From NCBI GenBank assembly GCA_004764695.1, contig SMSO01000037.1, positions 782,747-846,746 of the forward strand: a stretch of DNA of 64,000 nucleotides, read 5' to 3'. The notes beneath the pieces are model-generated. The model was given only the letters and a program-made list of their open reading frames with translations, had not been told where the DNA came from and searched no databases. Positions 47,101 to 57,257 of the stretch are shown in pieces (the first letter of the stretch is position 1; each line of letters starts with the position of its first letter). Both the position numbers and the translations under genes were made by a program. Source of the stretch: Schizochytrium sp. TIO01 (taxonomy: Eukaryota > Protista > Bigyra: Labyrinthulomycetes).

Positions 47101-48209
47101 ACGGTGTATCCTTTAAAGTTGCTTCTGGGCAGTGCACAAGTTCTCCGATCTGGCAGATGCCACTTTCTGGACTTGCAATTCCTGGACTTGTTTTTGCTCC
47201 TCATCGTCGCAGCTTCGTTGTTGTACCCGACCTACTTCTTCGTCTTCGACAGTCAAAGCGACTAGCGTCTTTACCAAGTGCGGATGCGCTGGATGCAGAG
47301 CAGTGGCTGAGTCAGAATGAGATCGAGGCAATGGTAACATTACTTGGGGCTCGTGGAACCCGAGTTGTTGAGCGTCATTTGCTCGCCATTGTAACAACTC
47401 AAGTAGGATGCATTTTCCAGGCTCTCTATACAGCCCACGAGGGCTTGGCAGAGGTTCGCGCATCTATCATTCAAGAAGACCCCCGAACTGTTGTGGAGCT
47501 CTGCACTCGTGTTGCAAATCAACACTTGAAAAAACTGACTGCTGGCCTTGCAGCACTCGTCACGGCCGGTCATGCGTTAGAAATCCTTGAGCTTTTGCTT
47601 GCCGCGCAGCAAAGGCATCTTACCAAACGCAATGTCCGAAGCCTTGAGGGAGTCAATCTAAACACATTGCTCACTGCTGCTCTTGCTGATGTGCCGACTA
47701 AAGACTTCAGTTTGTGGCTTCACGTGCCATTTTTAGTTGCGACTAGCTTGTGTACAGGAGCCTGGAAAACAGCGGAGCCGTTGCGACAGCTTGGCGCGCT
47801 TGCCAATAATTTGCATGTTGTTCCAAAGACAATGCGTCAAATTCTGCAAGCCCTTTTGACAAAAGCGTCGACAAGGTTTCCTGGCTCTGAAGGAGATGCT
47901 GTTTTACGACAAGCACTAGAACATCATATTTTTGCCGTTGTTCGTGTTGTAAAGAGCTTTGAGGTCTTACGTTTGACTCCACTCTGGCCAAGCGATGCTA
48001 TGCAAGTGTATTTTGATTTCATTGTGAGCGACGCAAGCAGATTAGTGTCTTCCAAGACACTGCCATTTGCTTTGGAGAACTTCGTGTCAAAGTCTATGGG
48101 CAGCTCAAACGAATTAACTCGCTATCTTACATCAGCATCTGCTTCATGGCAAAACGCTTGGTCTGGAGCAATAGAGAAACAAATTAACAGAGCCGCCGAA
48201 GCAGGTTAA
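44196..48209 (+). CDS. NCKAP1: Nck-associated protein 1 (NAP1/NCKAP1, WAVE/SCAR regulatory complex)-like, divergent
   Basis: 1337-aa helical protein. LAARLVSLQDVGEGLQARLHHL resembles the NAP1 N-terminus; GVLGPRG...AL.F.RAEI...RH, PGSES, FSPRELL and EIEAMVTLLG..G occur in the expected order. Confidence 0.75.
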   Translation: MAHYNSSDGGSRHAEASRRSSCAITENVGRDGDASLAARLVSLQDVGEGLQARLHHLQRVLASPAVRPDALKNPAFEKFRQVLERKYPQGKIGHNKRALKFVQASEDIRSELKDPFFTILNAYRFKRNVLALLNHASMIFTHIPQYANISQVAWHMLRLLTKYVQVQIQLANIKDSKLITAMYRSATHIHLKSSDASSQEDERDQNQFDKLASYLVALGTEPTKFVQGEFLEMHAFSNIIKSALLALAPTYLALFKTDDLVRQAILEIEPSDAQLEQPADHRTFLPCLSKDEAHAWICYSLSSVPMILASSELLESGTLMDLLCMACTQSCMVPVYRDQAVPISNLVQHLFNNFPSKDIRFANLAKVEKAFREAHTGAISTFAAHHEHLRSYLIITLERMIAILRDNCGVLGPRGPTVLAALTFSRAEILTYLRHGNDLKTTSTLDHGDLSFARLLSLHLELATLVNENGAIYSEYNKECLATLDVANLDALLAAAPSDVEHLLDDLHSLRANLASQNLDETKTAILLCTQVEITLLKIQTAYRGLPRKGTWDSAALDCVVSISQRLEVVSDRHAVFCNYTSLRDLLFFRVPMDHALETVLNATFGRAQDAIALVQVLQDSIQILHRLNQDDAVHASHNAIHSANERLRLIIRKLDNWTSVLYEQRLKTLHDTSTAIAALKEFRAFSSPRHSTTSSKSARKGNQSESDTNTSQIPGSESRAQNSLTIQDLKHTKSSVLKLAQSLSHEHLQTIVIWNREFSPRELLRSALTTWFSKRIEDSITFATQVDMIQRPSECLRRIAAAIEVLVMIGENSGLDHTLVIRKVLYDHQGGSQESWLGDMTKVPHQALEKASAAHRRIYVDNPLSEQSASRNDVASKPSETRKREQTLSETLAAWLAYFVEDRLATGTDGSAFVDCSLSPEMISFVVRPPDEQGGSSDSKRKGEAKLRNRSPDTSGSVASFATSAAEDGVSFKVASGQCTSSPIWQMPLSGLAIPGLVFAPHRRSFVVVPDLLLRLRQSKRLASLPSADALDAEQWLSQNEIEAMVTLLGARGTRVVERHLLAIVTTQVGCIFQALYTAHEGLAEVRASIIQEDPRTVVELCTRVANQHLKKLTAGLAALVTAGHALEILELLLAAQQRHLTKRNVRSLEGVNLNTLLTAALADVPTKDFSLWLHVPFLVATSLCTGAWKTAEPLRQLGALANNLHVVPKTMRQILQALLTKASTRFPGSEGDAVLRQALEHHIFAVVRVVKSFEVLRLTPLWPSDAMQVYFDFIVSDASRLVSSKTLPFALENFVSKSMGSSNELTRYLTSASASWQNAWSGAIEKQINRAAEAG

Positions 48210-49141
48210 AGGAAGCCTAAGATTATGAATAGTCTGTCTTTGAAATGTTGGTGTTGATCTAAATTAAGTACGACTATCTAAAGTTTTATATTCACTTCTG
48301 GAATTTCCAAGACTCGATAAAAAGTTTAAACACCATCGAAGATATAGTAAATTAAATCTCAAAAATGTCTAGTTGCTAGTTAGGGGCTATGATTAGGGTT
48401 GAAACCCCAAATCTAAACGAACATGTAGACAGGACTTCTTGACAAGCCAATGTAAATGCCCAAAGAGTTAGGACTTCCATAGGATTAGAACTAGGCAACT
48501 AAGATAGAATGTGTATGGTCAAATCTGAATTGATGACTGAGTTATTCTAATCTCTCCCTTCGACTATGTATTATACAAATATGAAAAAGTCTGTCTTGGA
48601 ATTGATATTTCAACGACAGCAAATCACCAACCCTGAAGCCAAGGCATAAAAAGTCTTCTTCGAGCCTTCCTCAAGCCTTCCTCAAGCCTCTTGCCTTCAT
48701 CTATCTTAACAATAAATCTCTACATGACCAAAGTTATTTTTCAGTAACTAGAGAATAAATTTCTGAAGAAAAAAAAGTGTTGAGATTTGAATTTCATAAA
48801 GATATGCTTTTGCTTTTTAATGTTTCATAAAGCCTTCTATTTACCAGACAGTTTTACCATTTAGTTAAAATTGAAAATCTGATTCATGTATTACATGCAA
48901 TGAAGACAAAAGAGAAGGTGCTAAGATAAACCTTTCGAATGGGGAAATTCGGGCAATGAAGTGATATTGGGATTCATTCCTAGCGAGGTTTGTGAAAATG
49001 GAGAAGAAAATCTTGAGACAAGCTGTTTGGCTTCATAGTTAACTCAAAAAAAAAAAAGAATGGCAGAATCCAGTTTTTTTTTTTTTTTGCCTAGATTGAC
49101 AAATAGTATCATCTGCATATACCACGAAAACTCAAGTAGAT

Positions 49142-49978
49142 TTAGTTAAACAGAAGAGCCGCGCCTTCGCGGTTACCAGTGCCAGCAAAATAATCGCGTG
49201 TCATGGTGTTTACACCTTCAAAGATAGAATTTCCAGGAGGGATGACAGCGATGGCAAAAATGAGGCTAGACGCAATGAAGCTGTTTGTTTCAAGTGGACA
49301 AACATAGTTACCCTTGTCGAGGTAATACATAGAGACATCACTACGGGTGTTCCAAACAATGAGATCGGCTTGATTGTCACGGGCCATTTTTACAAATTGA
49401 CTCCACCCCTGATAGTATCTTTTCATACCTTTGCCAGTTCCTCCTCGCAAGTTACGAATAAGCTCGCTCTTGCCTCCATTTTGTTTGTACTTGAACTTTG
49501 CAACTGGTTTGCCCGGTCTAAAGAATGCTACTGCTCCCTCGACATGAGTTTCGCTCCAATTTAAGAACAAAGTACCTTCACTGACAGTATCAAAGGTCAG
49601 GTAGCAGCCGGCTTCCGTTCCTTCCCCAGAGTCTATGCGTACGCTGGTTGTTCGAGGTTCATCCCTGCGGATGCTGAGTCTTGCAATGGAGGTCTGAGCA
49701 GGATTCGGAGAGACTGGCTCCTGACGGCTTGACAGAGGTCTTTCGGGAGACTCGGGGGAACTCCTAGTAGATTGAATAGATTTTCGATCCCCTGCTTGCT
49801 GTGAGGGTTGCTGTGCAGATTGCTGTGCAGATTGCGCCACATTAGTTGTCGAAGGAGCCTCATAGGTTGTTTCTAAAGCCATATCATGCTCTCGTAACAG
49901 ATTAATCGGCTGGATAGCTTCGATAGGTTGAAGAAATTCCATGGGTTGCAACAACGATTCGGACGTCTCCTCCATCAT
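49142..49978 (-). CDS. Immune mapped protein (IMP1/IMP2)-like domain protein
   Basis: C-terminal ~160 aa GCYLTFD...GTLFLNWSETHVEGAVAFFRPGKPVAKFKYKQNGGKSELIR...KRYYQGWSQFVKMA matches my recollection of the apicomplexan IMP2 N-domain. First ATG is at 49978 (AAAG-ATG); the frame is open to 50140. Confidence 0.75.
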   Translation of the reverse strand: MMEETSESLLQPMEFLQPIEAIQPINLLREHDMALETTYEAPSTTNVAQSAQQSAQQPSQQAGDRKSIQSTRSSPESPERPLSSRQEPVSPNPAQTSIARLSIRRDEPRTTSVRIDSGEGTEAGCYLTFDTVSEGTLFLNWSETHVEGAVAFFRPGKPVAKFKYKQNGGKSELIRNLRGGTGKGMKRYYQGWSQFVKMARDNQADLIVWNTRSDVSMYYLDKGNYVCPLETNSFIASSLIFAIAVIPPGNSIFEGVNTMTRDYFAGTGNREGAALLFN

Positions 49979-52012
49979 CTTTGATGTATAGCTGGGAAAT
50001 GAAGTGCCCTCAAATGAATTTGATTTGCTAAACCTCCTCTGCTTGGTTTCACTTGCTCTCGCTATTTTATCAGAAACTCGTACTGACGTGAATGGAGAAT
50101 TGGGAGGAGCAATGCGGTTCAAACAATAATTATTAGCCCACTATTCTGCTCTGCTCAATATGCCTTCAGAGGCAGCGCAAGCTGTTGAAGACCCAGCTCC
50201 TAATAGCAACCTTCTCCAACCTTTGTCAATGCTCTACGGATACGGGACTCCGCAGCCGTGTTCGATGTTTGTCTTATGCAGACTATGCCTTCTCTTCTTA
50301 TTGAACTATAAGCAATCAAGTGCCCCAATATTACAGAGATGGCTTGTCCTAGTTGAACTGAGCTAGAGTTTGAGAACTTGAAGCTTGCCAGTCTGCCCAA
50401 AATAGCAAGTGTTGCTGCTTTTGCTTGGGCCGCTTCGTTGGAAACGAGCTATTTCCCTTTTGACATACCTATTCAAAGCGCTTGGAAGCATATAACAACC
50501 TAGGTTTCAACTAGCGTCAACTCTACAAAAGTTATACTCCCAGTACTTTCTCTGGGGAGGGAGATCCTTTCGTTACCCAGAGCCTGTCAACTCCTACTCA
50601 TTAGCCCATGGCATGCAATCTTTGCATGCCTCTTTGCAGGAATAAAAATCATACTTAGACAGTGTCAACTTGTTTAATATTTAAATTAAATGTAACCAAT
50701 TGAATAGACGCCTATCGCATCTTACATACAGAGCAGCGGGTACTGAATTATCTTTGACGTACAGGAGTACGCGAGCTTCTCTGATGTTTGTCTTATAATT
50801 TCTGGCTATATCAAATGGCACAGTCGATTGTTGCTCATGACCGCACTTATATAAGGTCCCTTAAGCAGCCACTTTTGTTGATTACTCAACCTGATCGAGG
50901 CCAAGAGCAAGACCACGTGCGCAAGAAAACGCTGCTGTAATATTGATTCCAGATTCTACCCCATTAGAAAAAGTTTCCTTACGCTTTGATATCATCATCC
51001 CTTGAAATGCTCATTAGCTAGTCATCCAAAGTTTATAAGCTAGTGCTCTCTTGTAAGGTATTGAGCGCTTAAGGAGTGCTGAGTCAGTCAAACTCAAATA
51101 TGTTGCACATTTTTTTCTCTTCAATTTTTATCCAGCATATGTCGATATCATTAAAAACAAATTATTTGAGGCTTCAATTGCGAAGGTCCGTGCCCTCCCC
51201 ACCCCGACAAGCGTGTCTATGCCCACCCATGCCTCACATTTGCGCGCCCGTATGGTCCGCCTTGGGGTCATTTATTTACCAGCTTCCATATAAGGTATCG
51301 TCCACATCTGTTCCCCATGATCCCATCTTTCCCTATGTTCCCCTATTTTAGTTCTGTTTTTAAAAGCACCTCATATATAAGAGTTATATATATACATATA
51401 TATATACATAAATAGATAGATATTCTTCCGGGATTGTATATCACATTTTCAGTATTTAGTTCAAGTCTTTTAATAAATAATATATTGAACATTAAGGGCA
51501 ATAAATGCCCTAATTTTTATCAACTCCCTAAAATTAGGTTATCGGAAAAAATACAAAAAGACTCTGGAATTGCCGACGCTCTATAGGGTTAGAACCCTTT
51601 TCCTCGCGTCCAGCACCACGCCTGGGGCGGCGCGTGCGGGCCTACCTCGGTGGAGTCTGTGCACGGGACGACATCTGGCCCCTCCTTCGTCCACTTGGAC
51701 CCTATTCTCCCCGCGAACCTGCTCAGATACACACACAGTCATCGACATCGACAGTGCTGTGCACGTGCGCTTCCAGCTCTTGCACGCACACACCATACTA
51801 TTCTTCTATATATTGCTTGAAAACACTTGTTCGTGAAGAGGTCGAAGACCTTCAAGACGCTAAAAGGGCTTGCGTCTAGCATAAACACAGATCAGCTACC
51901 AACGTGGTATATGCTCTGTCTGTAGACGCTGTAGACACAGAATACATAGTTTTGTACGTACTTTGGGAGTTTTGTATGCGAAGACTCTTGCTTTGGCTTC
52001 TGCGAGGGCACG

Positions 52013-53572
52013 ATGGATCTCGGTCTTGAAATTGACAAAGCTATCCAGTCCGTGAAAGAGGATGATAAATCGAAGAATAAGAAACGTCGAAGCCGACGTA
52101 AACCGAATAGTAGCAAGAAAACTCCATCTAGCGATGGAGAGCGCTCGAATCAAGGCGACCATGAATATGATGCTGGCGGGCTGGACTTTTACTTCAAAAA
52201 CCCCACAGAGGCACTGCTTCGAAACTTCAGCAATAGACTAGCTTCTGACGGGGAGGATGATGGGGAGACGACGTGGGAGGATCAGGATGGCTTCCTTCTC
52301 GCAGAAGAGTACGACTCTGACAGCTCTAGCAGCTCCAGCAGCTCTGAAGAGTCATACTCATCAGACTATCGCACAAGAATTGCTCGCGACGCTTCACACA
52401 ACCGAAATGGGCAGGGTCTCACATACAAAAAAATTACAGGCAATGTGCCACCAGAGCAGCTTTCAATTGCTGATTTGCTTAACGAAGACGAAATGGGCCT
52501 CCTTACTGCCGGAGAGAATTATGGCGTTGAGTTCGTGGGCGACCTTGCCACGGATAAGAAAATAAAGAAAAAGAAAAAGAAGAAGGGTGTGACGGATGTT
52601 GTAGTCGTGAAGCACGAGTTCCATGGCATGTCTGCTACAGGTCGTGAGGAGGAAGATGCTGAAGCAGACCCTGAAGACTCACTTGCCCCTTCGACATTAT
52701 TCCTTACTGTTGGTGACCACCACGACGACAAGCTTGGGCTTTCATACCCTATGGGGGACGTGGTTCTTTGGCCCCCTCCTGCTATTGTAGATGATCCACC
52801 CCCACCAACAGCGCCTCCTCCCAGAGATCGTCGAACGAGCCTCTTTAGGAATTCACTTCGGGCAACTCGCCATCAATCCGGGGGGCGTGTGATTGCAGCC
52901 CCGAATCTTTTGTCTCGGAGCCTTTCATTCAATATGCCCGGGACATCTCATGGAGCTGGTGGATCCTCAGTAAGTAGTCAACGCAACAGCAACGATGCTC
53001 GTAGTCGTGGAGGATACAGCAGCCACAGCATGGAGCATGATCGTGATTTCGATCGTGATCGTGACCGTGACCATGAAAAAGATCGTCTCTTCCACCCCCC
53101 TCCGCCTTTAAAAAAGCAGGCGAGTAAAGTTCGTGCGACGACAATGGCTCTTTCTAAAGGTCTGCTTGCTAAGCTATATTCGCCCAGCAACAGAGCAGGA
53201 CCACGGGAATCCATGCAAAGAGGCGATCGTTTTATTACTGGCAAGGATATTCCATATATCATCCCCCCACCACCTGAGCCACGCATGCCACCTATTGATT
53301 TCACTGAGGATGAACAGGTCAATATGGATAGGGAACTGATTGGAATGTTTGTAGAAGATTTGCGTTCAACTTTGCTCAAATTAGAGGCAAAGCGCAACGA
53401 GAAGACAGATCGTGTGTCAACTCTCCAGGCAGAAATTGAGACGATTGATGATGAAATTGCGGAATTGCTACAACCCAAGGATAGCGAGCGCCATGTTGAA
53501 TCTGCAATTACATCTCAGCTCAAGTCAGTCACCTCGGGAAAAATCTTTCGTGTCGAGAAATACAATACATAG
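52013..53572 (+). CDS. Hypothetical low-complexity protein with Pro-rich patches, RD repeat and C-terminal coiled coil
   Basis: 519-aa ATG-initiated ORF with poly-S, poly-K, DRDRDRD and a heptad-like segment LRSTLLKLEAKRNEK...EIAELL. Confidence 0.8.
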   Translation: MDLGLEIDKAIQSVKEDDKSKNKKRRSRRKPNSSKKTPSSDGERSNQGDHEYDAGGLDFYFKNPTEALLRNFSNRLASDGEDDGETTWEDQDGFLLAEEYDSDSSSSSSSSEESYSSDYRTRIARDASHNRNGQGLTYKKITGNVPPEQLSIADLLNEDEMGLLTAGENYGVEFVGDLATDKKIKKKKKKKGVTDVVVVKHEFHGMSATGREEEDAEADPEDSLAPSTLFLTVGDHHDDKLGLSYPMGDVVLWPPPAIVDDPPPPTAPPPRDRRTSLFRNSLRATRHQSGGRVIAAPNLLSRSLSFNMPGTSHGAGGSSVSSQRNSNDARSRGGYSSHSMEHDRDFDRDRDRDHEKDRLFHPPPPLKKQASKVRATTMALSKGLLAKLYSPSNRAGPRESMQRGDRFITGKDIPYIIPPPPEPRMPPIDFTEDEQVNMDRELIGMFVEDLRSTLLKLEAKRNEKTDRVSTLQAEIETIDDEIAELLQPKDSERHVESAITSQLKSVTSGKIFRVEKYNT

Positions 53573-54374
53573 ACAACGCTGTTATACCTTTCTGTCTTGT
53601 GCTGCAGTTTTCTGGAGGACTCAATCGCCCTGGTGTTAATGTGTTTATAATACCTTTCTCAACTAATGTTAATGTGTTTCTCAAATTTTCTGAATATCTT
53701 CAAACGTTTTTTTCTCAAAATCACTGGAATTCGTCCCTCACAGGGCTATATATTAATGTACAGGCAAATTAATTATCGGGGAAATTACGGGGTGGTCACT
53801 ATTGTTGTTTTGTTTGTTGTGAAGGTATGATATTTATTTGGAACTCAATACCTTTCTAGATGAATGTGCAAAGAAATTATTTCCCACTGACAAACGGCAT
53901 TAGCCTTTTAATTTGCCAAGGGAAAGTATTCATAGAGTCGCCTTTGAGAATAATTTCCAATCACCACCGTCTGCATGTGCCACATAAATTATTGCCTATT
54001 CACCTGTTATTAACACTAAATCTTCTATTGCTGTTAGTTGTATCCGTCAAATGATGACTTTTACATTTGAGTTTTTTTCTCTCTTTTCTCTTTTCCCTAT
54101 TTCATTCCTAATTCCTACATGCCCAGGTCCATCATAATTTCAAAAGAAAGACTCATCAGAAGACTCAGGAGTCTGTCTTCATAGTTCTTGGTGTGTGACA
54201 CTCTACATCTCTGCTAGTATTGCTTAGATATTTAAAACTCTAAAAGTCAAGGATTTACACAAAGGGCTGCACGTGAACCTAGACTTGCAACTTCGAGCGC
54301 TTGAGCGCGGCACATGACGAGCAAGCGCGTGGGAGGGGTGGAGACACGTAGGTACTCAACCACTGCGCACGAGT

Positions 54375-56516
54375 ATGGCTCAAGCTCAACGTGACGCTGC
54401 TTGTCAGCGTATAATTGAGGCAACACCTGCCAACATCACAGAAGTGAACGAATGGTATGAGCGTGTGAAGTTGGCAATTCGATCGAATCCTGCCTTACGC
54501 GGACGCCTCTCGGAAGGACACTACACAGCGATAATTGGAATTCTCAGGAAACATATCAACGACACTCCAGGACTGAGTCAAGATGAAATTGAAGCAGATG
54601 AAGACCTCATTGAAATATATGAGATGCGTCGCAAGTATATACCTGCTTTAGACATGGTTAAAAAACCCATGTCAATAACCACAGCGGCGGAGCGAATCTT
54701 CGTAGAACACATCCTTACAACGCTCCAGGCGGCGCTGTACCTGTTCAAGTTCTGCACTGGACTACTATCCGCGAAGACATTGGGCATCGATCAACCATGC
54801 GAAACCTACGAGACAGTGGCATTACTGTCAGTAAAGATCGTTTATTTACAAAGAGAATTTTTGAAGCAAATTGCGCTGAGCACGATGCCAATTTCTTTTT
54901 TAGTGAGCATTCTGGCATTCGAGCTATCAAAGATTCTGTCCTTCCAGAGTATTGCGCGGACCAATTTGATTCATATGGTGAACGTTTTGAATTTATTCAT
55001 GAAGTCATTAATATACGACAATTACTTCGAGCAGATTATGCTATGAAATGGGAAGATGATGTGATAGTTGTGTTCGAGATAAAGGCACCAGATGGCATGC
55101 AGTCAGTACACCTTACTCGTGCGGGGACCTCACATGGAAACTTAGTTTCTGGGTACTATGGCGTTAATTACAACCCTGATGCATCCCAAGTTAGTTCCAA
55201 TGTTTACGAAATGTTGACACGTCGACAGCATCAAGCACTCCTAGACGCAAGAGGTATAATCAATGATAGAACCGTAGATATTCAAATTCCTCAAGGAGAA
55301 GAATACATTCGAAAGAGTGTACATGAAATAGCAGGTTACATGGTTGCATTTCAGAGGAAATACGCCGTCCTTTCAACTATCGAGGTGACTTGGTTATTAA
55401 AAATGGAAGATGATGGTCGACTCCTCACTAGTCCTGGAATCTTTGGTGACGAGAATTCTTTGAATTCACCAACCTGTTTACTCATGAGCTTCATTTTACA
55501 TGCACGCAACGAGGCACTCAATAACAATAGTGCGCATAAATTAGAAATAGACCCCAACAGCCGGTTCTATGATTACCTTGATGGCTGTTGGACATTGGGT
55601 CCATCGCGTAACACTGAGGATGGACGTGTTTGTGAGCATAAGAGACAAATCGTGGGTGAAATGCGTCAAGCGTGGTTTGCTATTCAAGAGGCACAGCTCG
55701 ATGTTAATAATGACAATTGCGACAATGATGACAATGCTGGCGACCATGGTCAAGATCCAGGTAACGGTGGACCCCCTGCTGGCCAACCTCCTCTACCTCC
55801 ACCTGCAAATAATGGTGGTGGACATGGGGTAGAAGGTAATGCAGCATCCACTCCAGAAAATGTTATCAATCAATTGAAGAACACACTCATCTCAGATGAA
55901 AATCTCATCACCAACAAGAAAGATGGTGCAGGCTATCGTCGATTGGTTGCAATTAACATGCTACCACTCAAGCGTGTCTGTATTGGATTTCCATGGGAGC
56001 TCACTGAGATACACCCTGCCGCGGATAACCAGGTTGCGTCGTATAAGATGACGATAGATGGAATTCCATTAATGTTGAAGCTTCTGGACCCCAAGTGTGG
56101 CTACACAAAAGGGCTTTTCTTTAATGAAATTCATATGTACCAGGGCCCACTGCGCAACCTCCAAGGGTTGTGTGCTCCATATCTCTTCTATGGAGGGAAA
56201 TTCTCTCAGGGCAGACAAATTATTGTCACTTCACGCGAGGGTGCCCCCTTGATGGAAATGCCCACTGCTGTCTTGAAACAAAAGTCAGTGCACTCGGCTA
56301 ATCTCAATACTTCATGATCATGGTATCTTGTATGGTACGATCGACCTTAGCGCCTTTCATATGGTCATCAGTGGTGAGAAAATGAGAATTTACCTTGCTG
56401 ATTATGGAATGGCACGCGTTCTCCCCGAACATTCACAAGAGAGTGTCCAGCTATTTTCCAATGAAATGAGCATCTTTGAAAATTTTATTAGTGAAATCTC
56501 TAATGGCTACTATTAA
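54375..56516 (+). pseudogene. PD-(D/E)xK restriction-endonuclease-like + kinase-like gene (Crinkler-effector-type architecture) broken by two frameshifts (~54660-54665 and ~56276-56285); pseudogene or assembly artefact
   Basis: Three consecutive ORFs (54375, 54797, 56328) join into one ~710-aa protein. Nuclease-like: RADY...IVVFEIK...EIAGYM....KYAVLSTIEVTWLLK. Kinase-like: LMLKL...NEIHMY..LRNLQG..APYL..GG...LHDHGILYGTI...IYLADYGMAR. Confidence 0.7.
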
Positions 56517-57257
56517 TTATTAAATTTTCAAACTTGTTCCTATAACTTTCATAATCTCGAAACAGGGTTAATCCAATCATCATCGTTGAACGTTGGTCAA
56601 ACCCAAAACTACAATTAGCACTTCTTTTAAATGGTGGATGGCACATGAAAAACCTGCTACTTAGTAAATATTCAGTAAACCTTTAAGGGACTCCTATAGA
56701 TAGGGCTTTCGTTATGAAATTGATTAAGAGTGATAGTGTGTGTATGCATTATATGAGAACGGTTGATCCTTGGAGTTGATTGTAACGGGTCTCTTGCAAA
56801 TTGCTTTGTGTCAGGACAGCACGCCGGCAAGCCTTTTTGTAGAGTACTAGGAAGGTATACTCCTGGTTCGCTCTTATTAAAGTAGTGTATGCTAATCGAT
56901 TCTAGCACCTTAGTGGAGTATACATTCTGAAGACCAAAGCAAGCAATTCCTTCGTTTGTTCCTGTTGCTGTTGTAGCTTCTGCTGTTGCTGTTGTGCAGA
57001 CTCTTGACACCATTGCGCGACGTAGGAAGAATAGAAAAAACAGAGATTCCGTGCACCCTGGAGAGGTTCATCCAGGTGGGAACGTCCGAGACCGGATTGT
57101 TAGTGTTTAGTGGCAGAAATCCAAATAGACGTTTTCATATACTTAAAAAGTCCTCGCTGCTCAGACCAATCGAAATATAAGCAAACCAAAAGCAACTGAC
57201 TTGCGTGACACTTCACAGGGCAGCTTGTTTAACAAAGTCCTCACTTGTTTGAAAAGA

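Noticed and set aside
48380-48400. Scattered TTAGGG-like words (also ~20040, ~51585)
   Set aside because: One or two isolated copies only; not an interstitial telomeric array.
50610-50630. Perfect 9-bp hairpin GGCATGCAA-TCT-TTGCATGCC (other short hairpins at ~43872 and ~51495)
   Set aside because: Expected by chance in 64 kb; no associated Helitron CTRR end or other supporting structure.
54670-55046. Hydrophobic C-terminal half of the 223-aa ORF 54375..55046 as a membrane protein
   Set aside because: The family-like motifs lie in the -1 frame, so this stretch is best explained as out-of-frame read-through after the frameshift.
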